From Batkoa obscura (taxonomy: Eukaryota): DNA of 64,000 bases. Shown piece by piece: positions 29,403-40,647 of this stretch (position 1 is the first letter of the stretch; every line of letters begins with the position of its first letter). The position numbers and the translations under genes were made by a program. Below the pieces are notes generated by a model that was not told the origin of the DNA, made no database searches, and saw only the letters and a list, made by a program, of their open reading frames with translations. The stretch is taken from assembly GCA_030770535.1 (NCBI GenBank), contig JASVEC010000020.1, forward strand, positions 62,001-126,000, read 5' to 3'.

Positions 29403-30623
29403 TTAGTTTTCAACTAAGTTTAAAATACTAATAACTTGTCCAATATCTTTTTCTTGTTGACGTATAAAATTAGCATCCAAATGATTCATTTTAATAAACC
29501 TATCTGATAATGGTTTGACTAAAGCAATCTTTTTACTTTCTGTACGATTAGTAGAGTCAACACTAAACAAAGTCATTCGGGAGCTTAAAGCACTTTGAAT
29601 CTTATTTCTTAACGCAGTAGTGTTATAGTCATTATTAGTTATAATTTGACCACTTAAAATACTTTTACTATCATCAATTTCATTTACACTCATAATTCTA
29701 CTATTTCCTTTATTAAGGTTATTATTCTTATTAACTTCATCAGCAATAACATTAATCGTTTGTCTTTTCTTAGATGAAAATCGATTATAATAATAGCAAT
29801 AACCATTTGCCCTTGTATCAAGTGCTTGTGACACTCTTATATTATATGGGATTAATCGATCATTTGGATTAACATTTCTACTATTGGCTCTTCCATTATA
29901 TGTATTAGCTAATCTTGGATTACGTTCTTGCCATTCAAACCATAATAAATCAATAAAAACATGATGTAAATAAAAGATAGGATCATTAGGAGAATACATA
30001 GTATTAAAATCTCCTCTATCACCGCCAATATTCATGTGAACAGCTCCATGTGGAGCGCCTTCAATTTGCTTACGAAATTGATCGAATGTCTTACTTCGAC
30101 TTAATATCAATTCAAGTGCTTCAGTAGAAATAAGTGATGAAATTTTATTACCATCATCAAAGTCCCTTCTCAAACAATGTCGATTTGGAACACGCATAAT
30201 GGAATTTGCAAATGGACCATCAGTGACACATTTATCTCTACCTTTACCATTACCACCAAAAATCTTGAAGATAACTGATCGTTCTGGATCCTGAGCATCG
30301 ATAGACCAATCCCAATAAGGTAACACAACGCTGGAATCAATCTTTTGTAAATTGAGCTCCAAGTTACGTAAATAAACCCGATGCCATGGTAAAAACGCTG
30401 GTACTCCATGAGCGTATTCAGCATTATCTAGATGAATAGCTGAACTTTGTGCATACAAATCTCGGCCCCTGTAATTCCTCAAAGTAGTTAATGCACGTAT
30501 GAATCTATTCAGTTGAGATTTATTTAGTTCTCGTATTTCGGGTCGACGTACCAATCGTTGGCATCGTTGGGATTCAACTATATTAATCAATAATATAGAA
30601 AATAAGAAGATTAGCTTTAACAT
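29403..30623 (-). CDS. Secreted tyrosinase/catechol oxidase (type-3 copper), copy 1
   Basis: Signal peptide, CuA H..AHGVPAFLPWHR, PYWDW, CuB PHGAVH..SPNDPIFYLHH and YxY. Confidence 0.95.
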   Translation of the reverse strand: MLKLIFLFSILLINIVESQRCQRLVRRPEIRELNKSQLNRFIRALTTLRNYRGRDLYAQSSAIHLDNAEYAHGVPAFLPWHRVYLRNLELNLQKIDSSVVLPYWDWSIDAQDPERSVIFKIFGGNGKGRDKCVTDGPFANSIMRVPNRHCLRRDFDDGNKISSLISTEALELILSRSKTFDQFRKQIEGAPHGAVHMNIGGDRGDFNTMYSPNDPIFYLHHVFIDLLWFEWQERNPRLANTYNGRANSRNVNPNDRLIPYNIRVSQALDTRANGYCYYYNRFSSKKRQTINVIADEVNKNNNLNKGNSRIMSVNEIDDSKSILSGQIITNNDYNTTALRNKIQSALSSRMTLFSVDSTNRTESKKIALVKPLSDRFIKMNHLDANFIRQQEKDIGQVISILNLVEN

Positions 30624-31384
30624 TATGTGAATAGTAAATTAAGTAAGAATTAAAGTGAATTGTAAGTAGGAAAATGTTTTTTATTTATATAGTTATCTTT
30701 TAAACTAAAAACATAGAAAACCTATTTTTAGATAACAGTTATCCTCTCTTTTGTAGAACCAAAATCATACCCTTAACATATATTCTTTAGTTAATAGTGC
30801 TATTAATATTCATCTCTTTGAAATTGATTGATAAATTAAGAACATAAATTATTTTACTAGTTTATGAACACCTAATTCAATTAGCAATTTAATTGTTTAA
30901 GAATGGTTCACATTTATTCTCAAAGCTAGAATCAAAATTTATCTTATAATAGTAGTTTCAATTATCTTCTTTCCTATTGAAATATATTAATTAATTGTAA
31001 TTTTATTTATATCTATATCCCAAATTATTTTAGTTCTATTTTTAAAATGATCCATTATTGCTATCTTTTTATTATGTGTAATAGATTGAGTACAGATGAC
31101 TATAGTAAACAAAGCCAAAATTTTATTATAAATCAACACACTTCTACTTCTACTGTTTAACGTATTAATTGGAGATTATAATAACCATAATCACAGTCAC
31201 ATAATCGTAACAATCCCAATTTGATATTTTGTTCAAAAACCCAATATCTGGTTTAAATTTAATTGTGAGGTAAAGACAAATTATTCGATTTATAAAATAT
31301 ATAAAAATAGATACTAATGCCTAACACTATACAATATAAAAACTTTACACTGTATGCTTTTATGGTATATTTATTTTAATATAT

Positions 31385-31481
31385 GGAGATGTATTTTTAT
31401 GTTCAAGAGTTTTACTAATAAATTTTCTGCTCAAATAGCGCTTGGGAAAGGAAAAGTAATGAAATCAAAAAAAACACCCCC
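31385..31481 (+). mobile_element. MITE copy, with an empty site in the paralogous unit (~39041)
   Basis: ATAT/ATAT flanks; unit 2 has a single ATAT at the same position. Confidence 0.9.
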
Positions 31482-32389
31482 ATATAGAATTAAAATCTCT
31501 TTAAATCAAAAGGCACATATGTCTTATCTTTATAAATAAATAAAATTAAAGTCATTAATTTTTTAATAGTAACTTTTTGTAATTATCATTAGAAATAATT
31601 TAAATAGTTAATTAAAAGAATAAAACAACTTTTCTTAATAAGCTATGAAATTTTAAAACAATCTATTATAAAAGATAAAAAATATAAAATGGGTATTTAA
31701 GTGTTTCAAATATTCTAAAATCTTATATTTTTAATTATATCAGAAAACAAATTAAAAATGAACAAAATTGTGCTATTGATATATATATTATATTTATATT
31801 AGATTAATAAAAAAATTGAATTTAATTCAAAAAAATTTTAAATAATTTTATCAAAACTTTGAATTATACAAAAGTACTTGAATAAATAAAAAAGATAAAA
31901 AAGGCATTCAAACATTTTTAAAAGTTATTGAAATTTATTAATAATAGATAGGGATATACTTTTTATTGAAGAATTTTATAAATTATTCGACTTAAATAAT
32001 ATTTGGGAAGCGGAAAAGCGATAAAACTAAGCATACGAATATTAAATTTTAAAGTTTTAAAAATTATTGTAGATATCATTTAATAAGCTGTTTAGATAAA
32101 ATAAGTTTAATATAATAGGTTCACTAATACTATCTAAAAACCTAATTTTAAAAAAAATAAGATATTGATTATTAAACCAATATTAAAATAATAAACTTTA
32201 GTCTCTTATTATTTATGTTATGGCTTTTTTTGTTAATTAATCCAAATTTTATTTTTAAATTAAATATAATGTAACTTAAATAGGTTTCAAATAATGCTAA
32301 TAAGTCAGTTAAAATAAGACTTAAGAAAAAGAAATAAAAAAATCTAAAAAAGCTACAGAAAGCATTTTTAAAGCCTATTTTTAAAATAT

Positions 32390-34843
32390 GGGGTTGTCTG
32401 AATTAGTTTCATTATTTTATCCAATTTTTGAAAAATTTTGTATTTTAAAAACTTCGCTTAAAATTGTATAAAATCACATCTTTTATTAAAACAAAAGTAC
32501 CCAAACACAGTTCTAAATCATTCTATTATAGCTCATACTGTAAGTTAGTTGAATTTCTACTAGATCTTAAATACATGTTCTTATAAAGCTTAATTGAGAA
32601 ATATTTACTATCAACTGCTTTATAACCAACATTGTAGATTTATTATCAAATAAATAAACTATTTTAATGTTATAATTACATTACTAATATATTGCCAAGT
32701 TAATAAATAGCTGCATGGGAGGGAGTGGTTAGCCCCAAAACTATAATTAACCATCCCTATATAGTACAAGTAATAATAGTTTTTACATATTATTACAGTT
32801 ACTTGTTCTTTGACTATTTATTAACTTAGCTATTAATAAATTAAGTAATCCTAATATTTAACAATCTATTTCTATCATTCAACAAACTACTCACTTGCTT
32901 AGTAAATATCGAAATTTTTAAATTCTCTGTTATCTTCGTAAGGTAAGCTGGGATCGATCTTTTAATTTTTCTGTTTTCTATAGACTCTGTAACTTTAATT
33001 GGGACTATATCGCTTTTTTTTGATGTATCAGATACTGGATAACAATGCAGTTTATTGTTATGTTTAATAAAGTGTAAATACTTCTTAATGCCCTGCATCT
33101 CTATTATTCTTTTTGTATTTTTGTTTCTTTTATACTTTTTAAAAATTATATCTGTTTTCCCATTATTAACAGTCGAGTTATTAATTTTATTATGCTCGCA
33201 AATAAAAGCCTCAAATCTTGAAATTAATTGATCGATATCTTCTATTTTACCTAACGCTTCAAAACTACTTTTCCATTTTGAAAGGTTTCCAAAATGTCCA
33301 TCAACTATACTTTTTCCATGATGCTCAGCAAAAAAATTAAGATTAACATTCAAACTACTATTTATTTTATGAATTTCTTTAAACATATAGTGTAGAAACT
33401 CTTGGGATCTAAAATGATTTCCTGTATCTGCCCATATGTTAATTTTTGTAAACTTTTTAAATAGAAGCTCTGTAGAGATTAAATCGATTAAACGATCTCC
33501 TGCATATGCTGAATCATGATTCAATATTTCAGATAAATAATCAAAGTAAACTTTGCCTATTGTTTTATCATCTTTTAAATATAATACACCAAAGCCTAAT
33601 ACTGATATAGCTTGTTTATTATAATGATCTAGATTTATTGAATCTGGTCTTGTCCCTATTTCCATATTTTGTTTAAAATCTAAAACTATTATACAACTTT
33701 TGTTATTTAATTTTTTGATAGTTTCATTAAATGTGTTTTTTTGAGTATCAACACAGAATTTATGTAATTTGTATAATTTTTCTTCTTCGTTGAAAATTTC
33801 TTTTATCTCTGCTTTGTTTTTTGCTGTATTATTTTGTTTTCAAATAACTTTTTTCTAACTGTATACTGGGTACATATATTACATAGATCCGTTTTTCTTG
33901 CTGGATTTTTGAAATTACTTGGTATATATTTAAAGAACGTTGACCTAGCTACTGCTTTATCTCTTAGATCATTCAAATATTTACTATATATCATTCTTCT
34001 ACTTTTATTTAATATATATATATTATCTGATGAATATTTACTATCGTTACTTTTTTTATTAGATCTTGATGAAATAGTTGAATCATTTAGTAAATATTGT
34101 ATGATAGTTTCAATTTGGTCATCTTTAATTTTTTTTGTATTTTTAATAATAGGTTTTAATGTTGATATTTTATTATTATTACTTGTTTTTGAATAATCAT
34201 ATTGATTTCTATTTATATTAAACCCAAAACTCTTACATTCATCAAAAGAATATACTGAAGCTATAGTTGATAATAACGCTACTTGCTGACTTTTGTTTCC
34301 TGTTTCCCTTAAAGCACTAATTTTATACATTACTTGATTAAGTTTATTATTATCAATAGTAAACTTTGATAATATATCTTTTCTTTGTTTTGTTTTATTA
34401 TAAAATTCCATAAACCTTGGGTTGTTATAAGTAGCTCTTAAAATTGATGTAAATGAATTACAATGTTTATATTGTGTACTCCTCCCTATTGTATTGAAGT
34501 TTTCAAAAATTCGATTTCGAAGTTTAGTTATGAAAGTTTGCATTTTATTTTTATTTCAACAAAAAATAAAGTCAAATAACTGTATTTATATAATTATGTA
34601 TTTATATAATTATATAATCATATAGTTATATATTATATATCTGTTAAATATCTAACAGAACTAACATAAAATATATAGTTAGGAAAATTAGCTATTTAAG
34701 AAAAGGAAACAATTAAAATAAGTTTTAAATAGAGACATTTAATTTTAGGCTTTTTAGATTTAACCGTTATATTGAACACAAACTTGGAATTTTAAATTTG
34801 GATTAATTTCTAAGTAGATTCTGAAACCAATTAGGACAGCCCC
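32390..34843 (-). mobile_element. Full-length Sola-like DNA transposon, 2454 bp
   Basis: 22-bp imperfect TIRs (GGGGTTGTCTGAATTAGTTTCA / TGAAACCAATTAGGACAGCCCC, 18/22 match), ATAT duplicated at both ends, internal transposase. Confidence 0.85.
32841..34543 (-). pseudogene. Sola-like DDD transposase (~565 aa) split by one -1 frameshift at ~33803-33839
   Basis: RKTDLCNIC in ORF1. The second frame is open from 33839 and carries IIVLDFKQN, NHDS, IWADTGNHFRS and FFAEHHGKSIVDGHFG. Confidence 0.8.
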
Positions 34844-34859
34844 ATATGTTTTTAATAAA

Positions 34860-35321
34860 TGTGAGATCTAGTACTCAGTGGTTGTGTTTAGAAATAGTTC
34901 TTGCTTGGTTGACTAGCCGTAAATCGATAGGTATTAGTTTATGTGACTAAGATAGATTTGGATTATGAAGAATAGCACGTAATAGGTTACAAGCTATGTA
35001 AAACAAACAGAATAGACAATACTAATGTAAATCTACGTAAAATACTATTAAGAAAACTTAGTGGCTTTATTAAATGTTCGAGATATCAGGGATTAATTCA
35101 GTTAAAAAGCCTAGAGCTATTATGTTTTAAAATCTCTTTTATACCCCGATAAGTATAAATATCAAAACGACAGGATAATATTCTTTGAGACGAAGATAGA
35201 AATTCTCATAACAAATCAAAATAAGAACATGGGATTGGTTTCCTCTGAACTCGAGAACACAACAGCTTAGGCGATTACTATGCTGTAATTAACCATGAGG
35301 CTGACAAAGCGATATTTCACA
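34860..35321 (-). mobile_element. Solo LTR-like element (~460 bp), copy 1
   Basis: TGTG...CACA ends; homologous to 39507-39906 and 40690-41150. Confidence 0.75.
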
Positions 35322-35338
35322 AAATTAAGTGATCATTA

Positions 35339-35436
35339 GGGGATGTATTTTTGTATTTAAGAATTTTACTGACAATTTTTCCACATAAATAGCGCTTAAA
35401 AAATGGAAAAATAATGAAACTAAAAAAAACAGCCCC
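35339..35436 (+). mobile_element. MITE copy (young)
   Basis: ATTA/ATTA flanks; differs from 51580-51676 by about one T. Confidence 0.9.
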
Positions 35437-35443
35437 ATTATAT

Positions 35444-35511
35444 GAGGATGTATTTTTATATTTAAGCGGAAAAATTATTAGTAAAATTCTTAAACATAAA
35501 AATACATTCTC
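35444..35511. mobile_element. 68 bp symmetric MITE derivative
   Basis: Both ends are of the GATGTATTTTT..TTTAAG type; ATAT/ATAT flanks. Confidence 0.7.
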
Positions 35512-35559
35512 ATATTGTAATTAATTATAGAGCTGATAAGGCAATATTTCATAATAACA

Positions 35560-35953
35560 ATAAATATAAACTATTATTGTATTACTTGTATTATATAAAA
35601 ATAGTTAATTATAGTTTTGAGGCTAACCACTGCCTCCCATTCAGCTATTTGTTTATTTAGTAGCAAATCTATAGTATTAGCTATGAAGCAGTCAACAATA
35701 AATATCAACTTATTTATATATTATAACTTTGATTAATATAAATATATAAGTTGCATTGTTAAAGCCTCTCCAAATATGGCAATTTCTATTAAATTTAGTA
35801 GAAATTCTGCTAACTTACAATGTGTATTATGATAAAATAGTTTAAAGCCATGTTAAATACTTTCACTTCTTATTAAAAAAAATCATTTTTATAAAATTTC
35901 AAATAAAGTTTTAAAAAACTGGATAAAAAAATGAAGTCGATTCGAGCATCCCC
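35560..35953 (+). mobile_element. Diverged terminal remnant of a related Sola-like element, opposite orientation
   Basis: Reverse-complement similarity to 32390-32790; ends in ...TTCGAGCATCCCC+ATAT. Confidence 0.75.
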
Positions 35954-36589
35954 ATATTAACTTTAGGCTAATCAAATTGAAGTCTGTTATATTAGCGATA
36001 GATCATATTTAGTTTAATAACACTCTTTCTTATTAGATATATGATTACATAGATAATTGAACACTGAGTTTACTCTGATGATTTTGTATATATATACTTC
36101 TTCAATTAAGTCGTAAGTTAACTACAAAATTATCATTTCCATTCTTTATTACACAATTATAGTACCCACTACAATACAAATAAATTCATAAATCTACTTA
36201 GGTTGGTTTATTGATTATTATATTAGTTGCTTGGTACCTAATGTCTCATGTATTAAAGCAATTCTGATATGGTGAATAATCTAACCAATAATAATATTTA
36301 TCTCTTTTATCGTTTTCAATTCTATAATTAATTGAATATAAGATTAAGTGTTATAATAAATCTATTCAATATAAAGCTCTTTGATTTATTGCATTTTGTT
36401 TGACAAAAACGGATCAAAGATAAAACATTAGAACAAAATCTTCAGATAACAAAGTATAACTTTCTGTCAAAATGATATTCTTTTATTAATTATAGATAAT
36501 GGTGCGATTCACCTTTTAAAAAAAGAATTCAAATAAAAAAATTGAGATCTAAATTCAATAAGCACTTTTATTAGATTGTTAAACAAATA

Positions 36590-37810
36590 TTAGTTTTCAA
36601 CTAAGTTTAAAATACTAATAACTTGTCCAATATCTTTTTCTTGTTGACGTATAAAATTAGCATCCAAATGATTCATTTTAATAAACCTATCCGATAATGG
36701 TTTGACTAAAGCAATCTTTTTACTTTCTGTACGATTAGTAGAGTCAACACTAAACAAAGTCATTCGGGAGCTTAAAGCACTTTGAATCTTATTTCTTAAC
36801 GCAGTAGTGTTATAGTCATTATTAGTTATAATTTGACCACTTAAAATACTTTTACTATCATCAATTTCATTTACACTCATAATTCTACTATTTCCTTTAT
36901 TAAGGTTATTATTCTTATTAACTTCATCAGCAATAACATTAATCATTTGTCTTTTCTTAGATGAAAATCGATTATAATAATAGCAATAACCATTTGCCCT
37001 TGTATCAAGTGCCTGTGACACTCTTATATTATATGGGATTAATCGATCATTTGGATTAACATTTCTACTATTGGCTCTTCCATTATATGTATTAGCTAAT
37101 CTTGGATTACGTTCTTGCCATTCAAACCATAATAAATCAATAAAAACATGATGTAAATAAAAGATAGGATCATTAGGAGAATACATAGTACTAAAATCTC
37201 CTCTATCACCGCCAATATTCATGTGAACAGCTCCATGCGGATTACCTTCAATTTGCTTACGAAATTGATCGAATGTCTTACTTCGACTTAATATCAATTC
37301 AAGTGCTTCAGTAGAAATAAGTGATGAAATTTTATTACCATCATCAAAGTCCCTTCTCAAACAATGTCGATTTGGAACACGCATAATGGAATTTGCAAAT
37401 GGACCATCAGTGACACATTTATCTCTACCTTTACCATTACCACCAAAAATCTTGAAGATAACTGATCGTTCTGGATCCTGAGCATCGATAGACCAATCCC
37501 AATAAGGTAACACAACGCTGGAATCAATCTTTTGTAAATTGAGCTCCAAGTTACGTAAATAAACCCGATGCCATGGTAAAAACGCTGGTACTCCATGAGC
37601 GTATTCAGCATTATCTAGATGAATAGCTGAACTTTGTGCATACAAATCTTGGTCTCTGTAATTCCTCAAAGTAGTTAATGCACGTATGAATCTATCCAGT
37701 TGAGATTTATTTAATTCTCGTATTTCGGGTCGACGTACTAATTGTCGACATTGCTGAGATTTGACTATACTAATTAATGATATAGAAAATAAGAAGATTA
37801 GCTTTAACAT
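36590..37810 (-). CDS. Secreted tyrosinase/catechol oxidase, copy 2
   Basis: Same motifs as copy 1; near-identical to it. Confidence 0.95.
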   Translation of the reverse strand: MLKLIFLFSISLISIVKSQQCRQLVRRPEIRELNKSQLDRFIRALTTLRNYRDQDLYAQSSAIHLDNAEYAHGVPAFLPWHRVYLRNLELNLQKIDSSVVLPYWDWSIDAQDPERSVIFKIFGGNGKGRDKCVTDGPFANSIMRVPNRHCLRRDFDDGNKISSLISTEALELILSRSKTFDQFRKQIEGNPHGAVHMNIGGDRGDFSTMYSPNDPIFYLHHVFIDLLWFEWQERNPRLANTYNGRANSRNVNPNDRLIPYNIRVSQALDTRANGYCYYYNRFSSKKRQMINVIADEVNKNNNLNKGNSRIMSVNEIDDSKSILSGQIITNNDYNTTALRNKIQSALSSRMTLFSVDSTNRTESKKIALVKPLSDRFIKMNHLDANFIRQQEKDIGQVISILNLVEN

Positions 37811-38374
37811 TATGTGAATAGTAAATTAAGTAAAAATTTTATTTTATTTATAAGTAGTAAAATAATTTTTATTTATATGGCTCTATTTTGACCTATAATA
37901 TATAATAACTATTTTTAGAAGATAATAGCTATCCTCTCCTTTGTAAAGCCAAAGTTATACCCTTAATATATATTCTTTAGTTAATAGCGCTATTAATTTA
38001 CCTTTTTTTAAATTTATTATTAAATTAAGAACATAAATTATTTTACTAGTTTATGAACACCTAATTCAATTACCAACTTAACTGTTTAAAGTAATGGTTC
38101 ACATTTATTCTTTAAAACTAAAATAAAAGATAAGCTTTTAATAGTAGTTTCATATTATTTTTTCATTTAAATATATTAGATGTTTTATATTTATATTTAT
38201 GGATTAAATTAATTAATACTATTTTTGAAATGAATCTTTATGCTTCTTTTTATTGTTACTGTTATCTATTTATTATATACAATGTATCGAATACAAACGA
38301 TTATAGTAAATAAAGCCAAAATTTCGTTATAAATCTATACGCTTTTATTTCTGTTTTCTATATATATTAAACTA

Positions 38375-38608
38375 CCGTATTTTTCTGATCATAGTTCCTC
38401 CTAGTTTAGTCAAGGCTCCAATCAAAAAGAACTAATTTAATTTTAATAAAAATTGCACTGATAGAAAAGTTCAGGTTTATTTCAACCTAGTAAGATTCAC
38501 AAAACTTAATACTCATTGATTGAAATTTTCTGATTAGAATTATACAAAACATGTGCTAGATTTGATGGAGATAATGCATGAGAAGAGACTATAATCAAAA
38601 AAATACAG
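38375..38608. mobile_element. 234 bp Tc1/mariner-pogo-type MITE
   Basis: TIRs CCGTATTTTTCTGATCATAGT / ACTATAATCAAAAAAATACAG, TA on both sides, absent from the paralogous unit near 31168. Confidence 0.8.
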
Positions 38609-39385
38609 TAGTTGAGGATTCTAAATAATTATGAACATATCTTCGTATTAGTCCCAATTTAACATTTTATTCAAAAACCCAATACCTGGTTTAAATTTGA
38701 CTTTATTCAAATTCATTTAAAAAATTCAATAGTGAAGTAAAAACAAGTTGTTCGATTTATAAAAAATATGGAGCTAGGTATCAATGCCTAACACTATACA
38801 ATATAAAAAACTTTACCCTGTATGCTTTTATACTTTATGGAACTTCCATTTATCATGTAAAAGTAATTTTAAATGGGATATTAGAGCATTGGTTGCAAGT
38901 GTTTGTTTATAGAGGTAAGAAATAAATATAAACGGAAATGTGAGTAAGGTAGAAAAGCAGCATGAGTGGAGGTTGCGATTATATGATTTTTAGCTTTCAT
39001 ATATGTTTTATAGTATGCTTTTATGGTATATTTGTTTTAATATATGGGATTAAAATCTCTTTAAATCAAAAGGCACATATGTCTTATCTTTATAAATAAA
39101 TAAAATTAAAGTCATTAATTTTTTAATAGTAACTTTTTGTAATTATCATTAGAAATAATTTAAATAGTTAATTAAAAGAATAAAACAACTTTTCTTAATA
39201 AGCTATGAAATTTTAAAACAATCTATTATAAAAGATAAAAAATATAAAATGGGTATTTAAGTGTTTCAAATATTCTAAAATTTTATATTTTTAATTATAT
39301 CAGAAAACAAATTAAAAATGAATGAACAATACGAAAGAAATATTTTCAAATATCTTCGAAAGCTATTAAATTTTATTGGCAATAT

Positions 39386-39483
39386 CGTAATATTTTTTTG
39401 ACTTCATTACTTTTTCCGTTTTTTAAGCGCTACTTGAGCGGAAAGATTATTAGTAAAATTCTTAAACACAAAAATACATCCCC
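39386..39483 (-). mobile_element. MITE copy
   Basis: Family match with ATAT/ATAT flanks. Confidence 0.85.
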
Positions 39484-39506
39484 ATATATTTAATTTCATA
39501 TGCTAT

Positions 39507-39906
39507 TGTGAAATATCGCTTTGTCAGTCCCATGGTTAATTATTTTGATTTGTTATGAGAATTTCTAGCTCCATCCCAAAGAACATTATCTTCTCATTTT
39601 GATATTTGTACTTTTCAGAGTATAAAAGAGTTTACAGAGTATAGTAGTTCGAGGCTTTTTAACTGAATTATTCCCTGATATCTCGAACATTTAATAAAGC
39701 CACTAAGTTTTCTTAATAGTATTTTACATAGATTTTACATTAGTATTGTCTATTCTATTTGTCTTATATAGCTTGTAACCTATTACATGCTATTCTTCAT
39801 AATCCAAGTCTATCTTAGTCACATAAACTTAGGTCTTTCGACTTATAGTGTAGTCAACCAAGCAATAGCTGTTTTTGACTCCAAACACTAAGTACCAGAT
39901 TTCACA
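39507..39906 (+). mobile_element. Solo LTR-like element, copy 2 (internally deleted)
   Basis: TGTGAAAT...ATTTCACA ends; TATAAAA at ~39621 followed by AATAAA at ~39693. Confidence 0.75.
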
Positions 39907-40647
39907 CTGAACACAGTTCTAAATCATTCTATTATAGTTTATACTGTAAGTTAGCTGAATTTCTACTAGACCTTAAATACAGACTCTTATAAAATTTTAT
40001 TGAGAAACATTTATTATTGACTGCTTTATAACCAATATTACAGATTTGTTATCAAATAAATAAACTATTTTAATGTTATAATTACTTTATTAATATATTG
40101 CTAAGTTAATAAATAGCTATATGGGAGGGAGTGGTTAGCCCCAAAATTACAATTAACCATCCTTATATAGTACAAGTAATATAATAATAGTTTTTACATA
40201 TTATTATAATTACTTCTTCGTTGACTATTTACTAACTTAGCTATTAATAACTTAAATAATATTAACATTTAATAATCTATTTCTATCATTTAACAAACTA
40301 ATTACTTGCTTAGTAAATATCGAAAATTTTAAATTCTTTGTTATTTTCGTAAGATAAGCTGGGATTGATCTTTTAATTTCTCTATTTTCTATAGACTCTG
40401 TAACTTTAATTGGAACTATATCACTTTTTTTTGATATATCAGATACTGGATAACAATGCAGTTTATTGTTATGTTTAATAAAATGTAAATACTTCTTAAT
40501 GCGTTGCATCTCTATTATTCTTTTTGTATTTTTGCTTTTTTCGTACTTTTTAAAAATTATGTGTTTTCCTATTATTAATAGTTGAGTTATTAATTTTATT
40601 ATGTTCGACAATAAAAATCTCAAATCTCAAAATTAATTGATTGATAT

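Larger units (their letters stand above)
28787..31762. repeat. Direct segmental duplication, unit 1 (partner 35974-39322)
   Basis: Near-identical downstream flank, tyrosinase CDS and distal upstream block; the promoter is more diverged. Confidence 0.9.
35974..39322. repeat. Direct segmental duplication, unit 2
   Basis: Partner of 28787-31762; carries two extra insertions. Confidence 0.9.

Noticed and set aside
31950..32035. Additional highly decayed MITE
   Set aside because: Only partial resemblance and no intact second end, so it was not counted.
33803..33860. Programmed -1 frameshift in the transposase (an A AAA AAG heptamer is present)
   Set aside because: The heptamer lies upstream of a TGA in the -1 frame, so slipping there terminates translation. 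No convincing intron restores the frame. A 1-nt loss in an A-run (mutation or sequencing error) is simpler.
38900..38980. Minus-strand peptide THAAFLPYSHFRLYL resembling the tyrosinase CuA motif
   Set aside because: Nucleotide similarity is weak and does not extend; probably coincidental.
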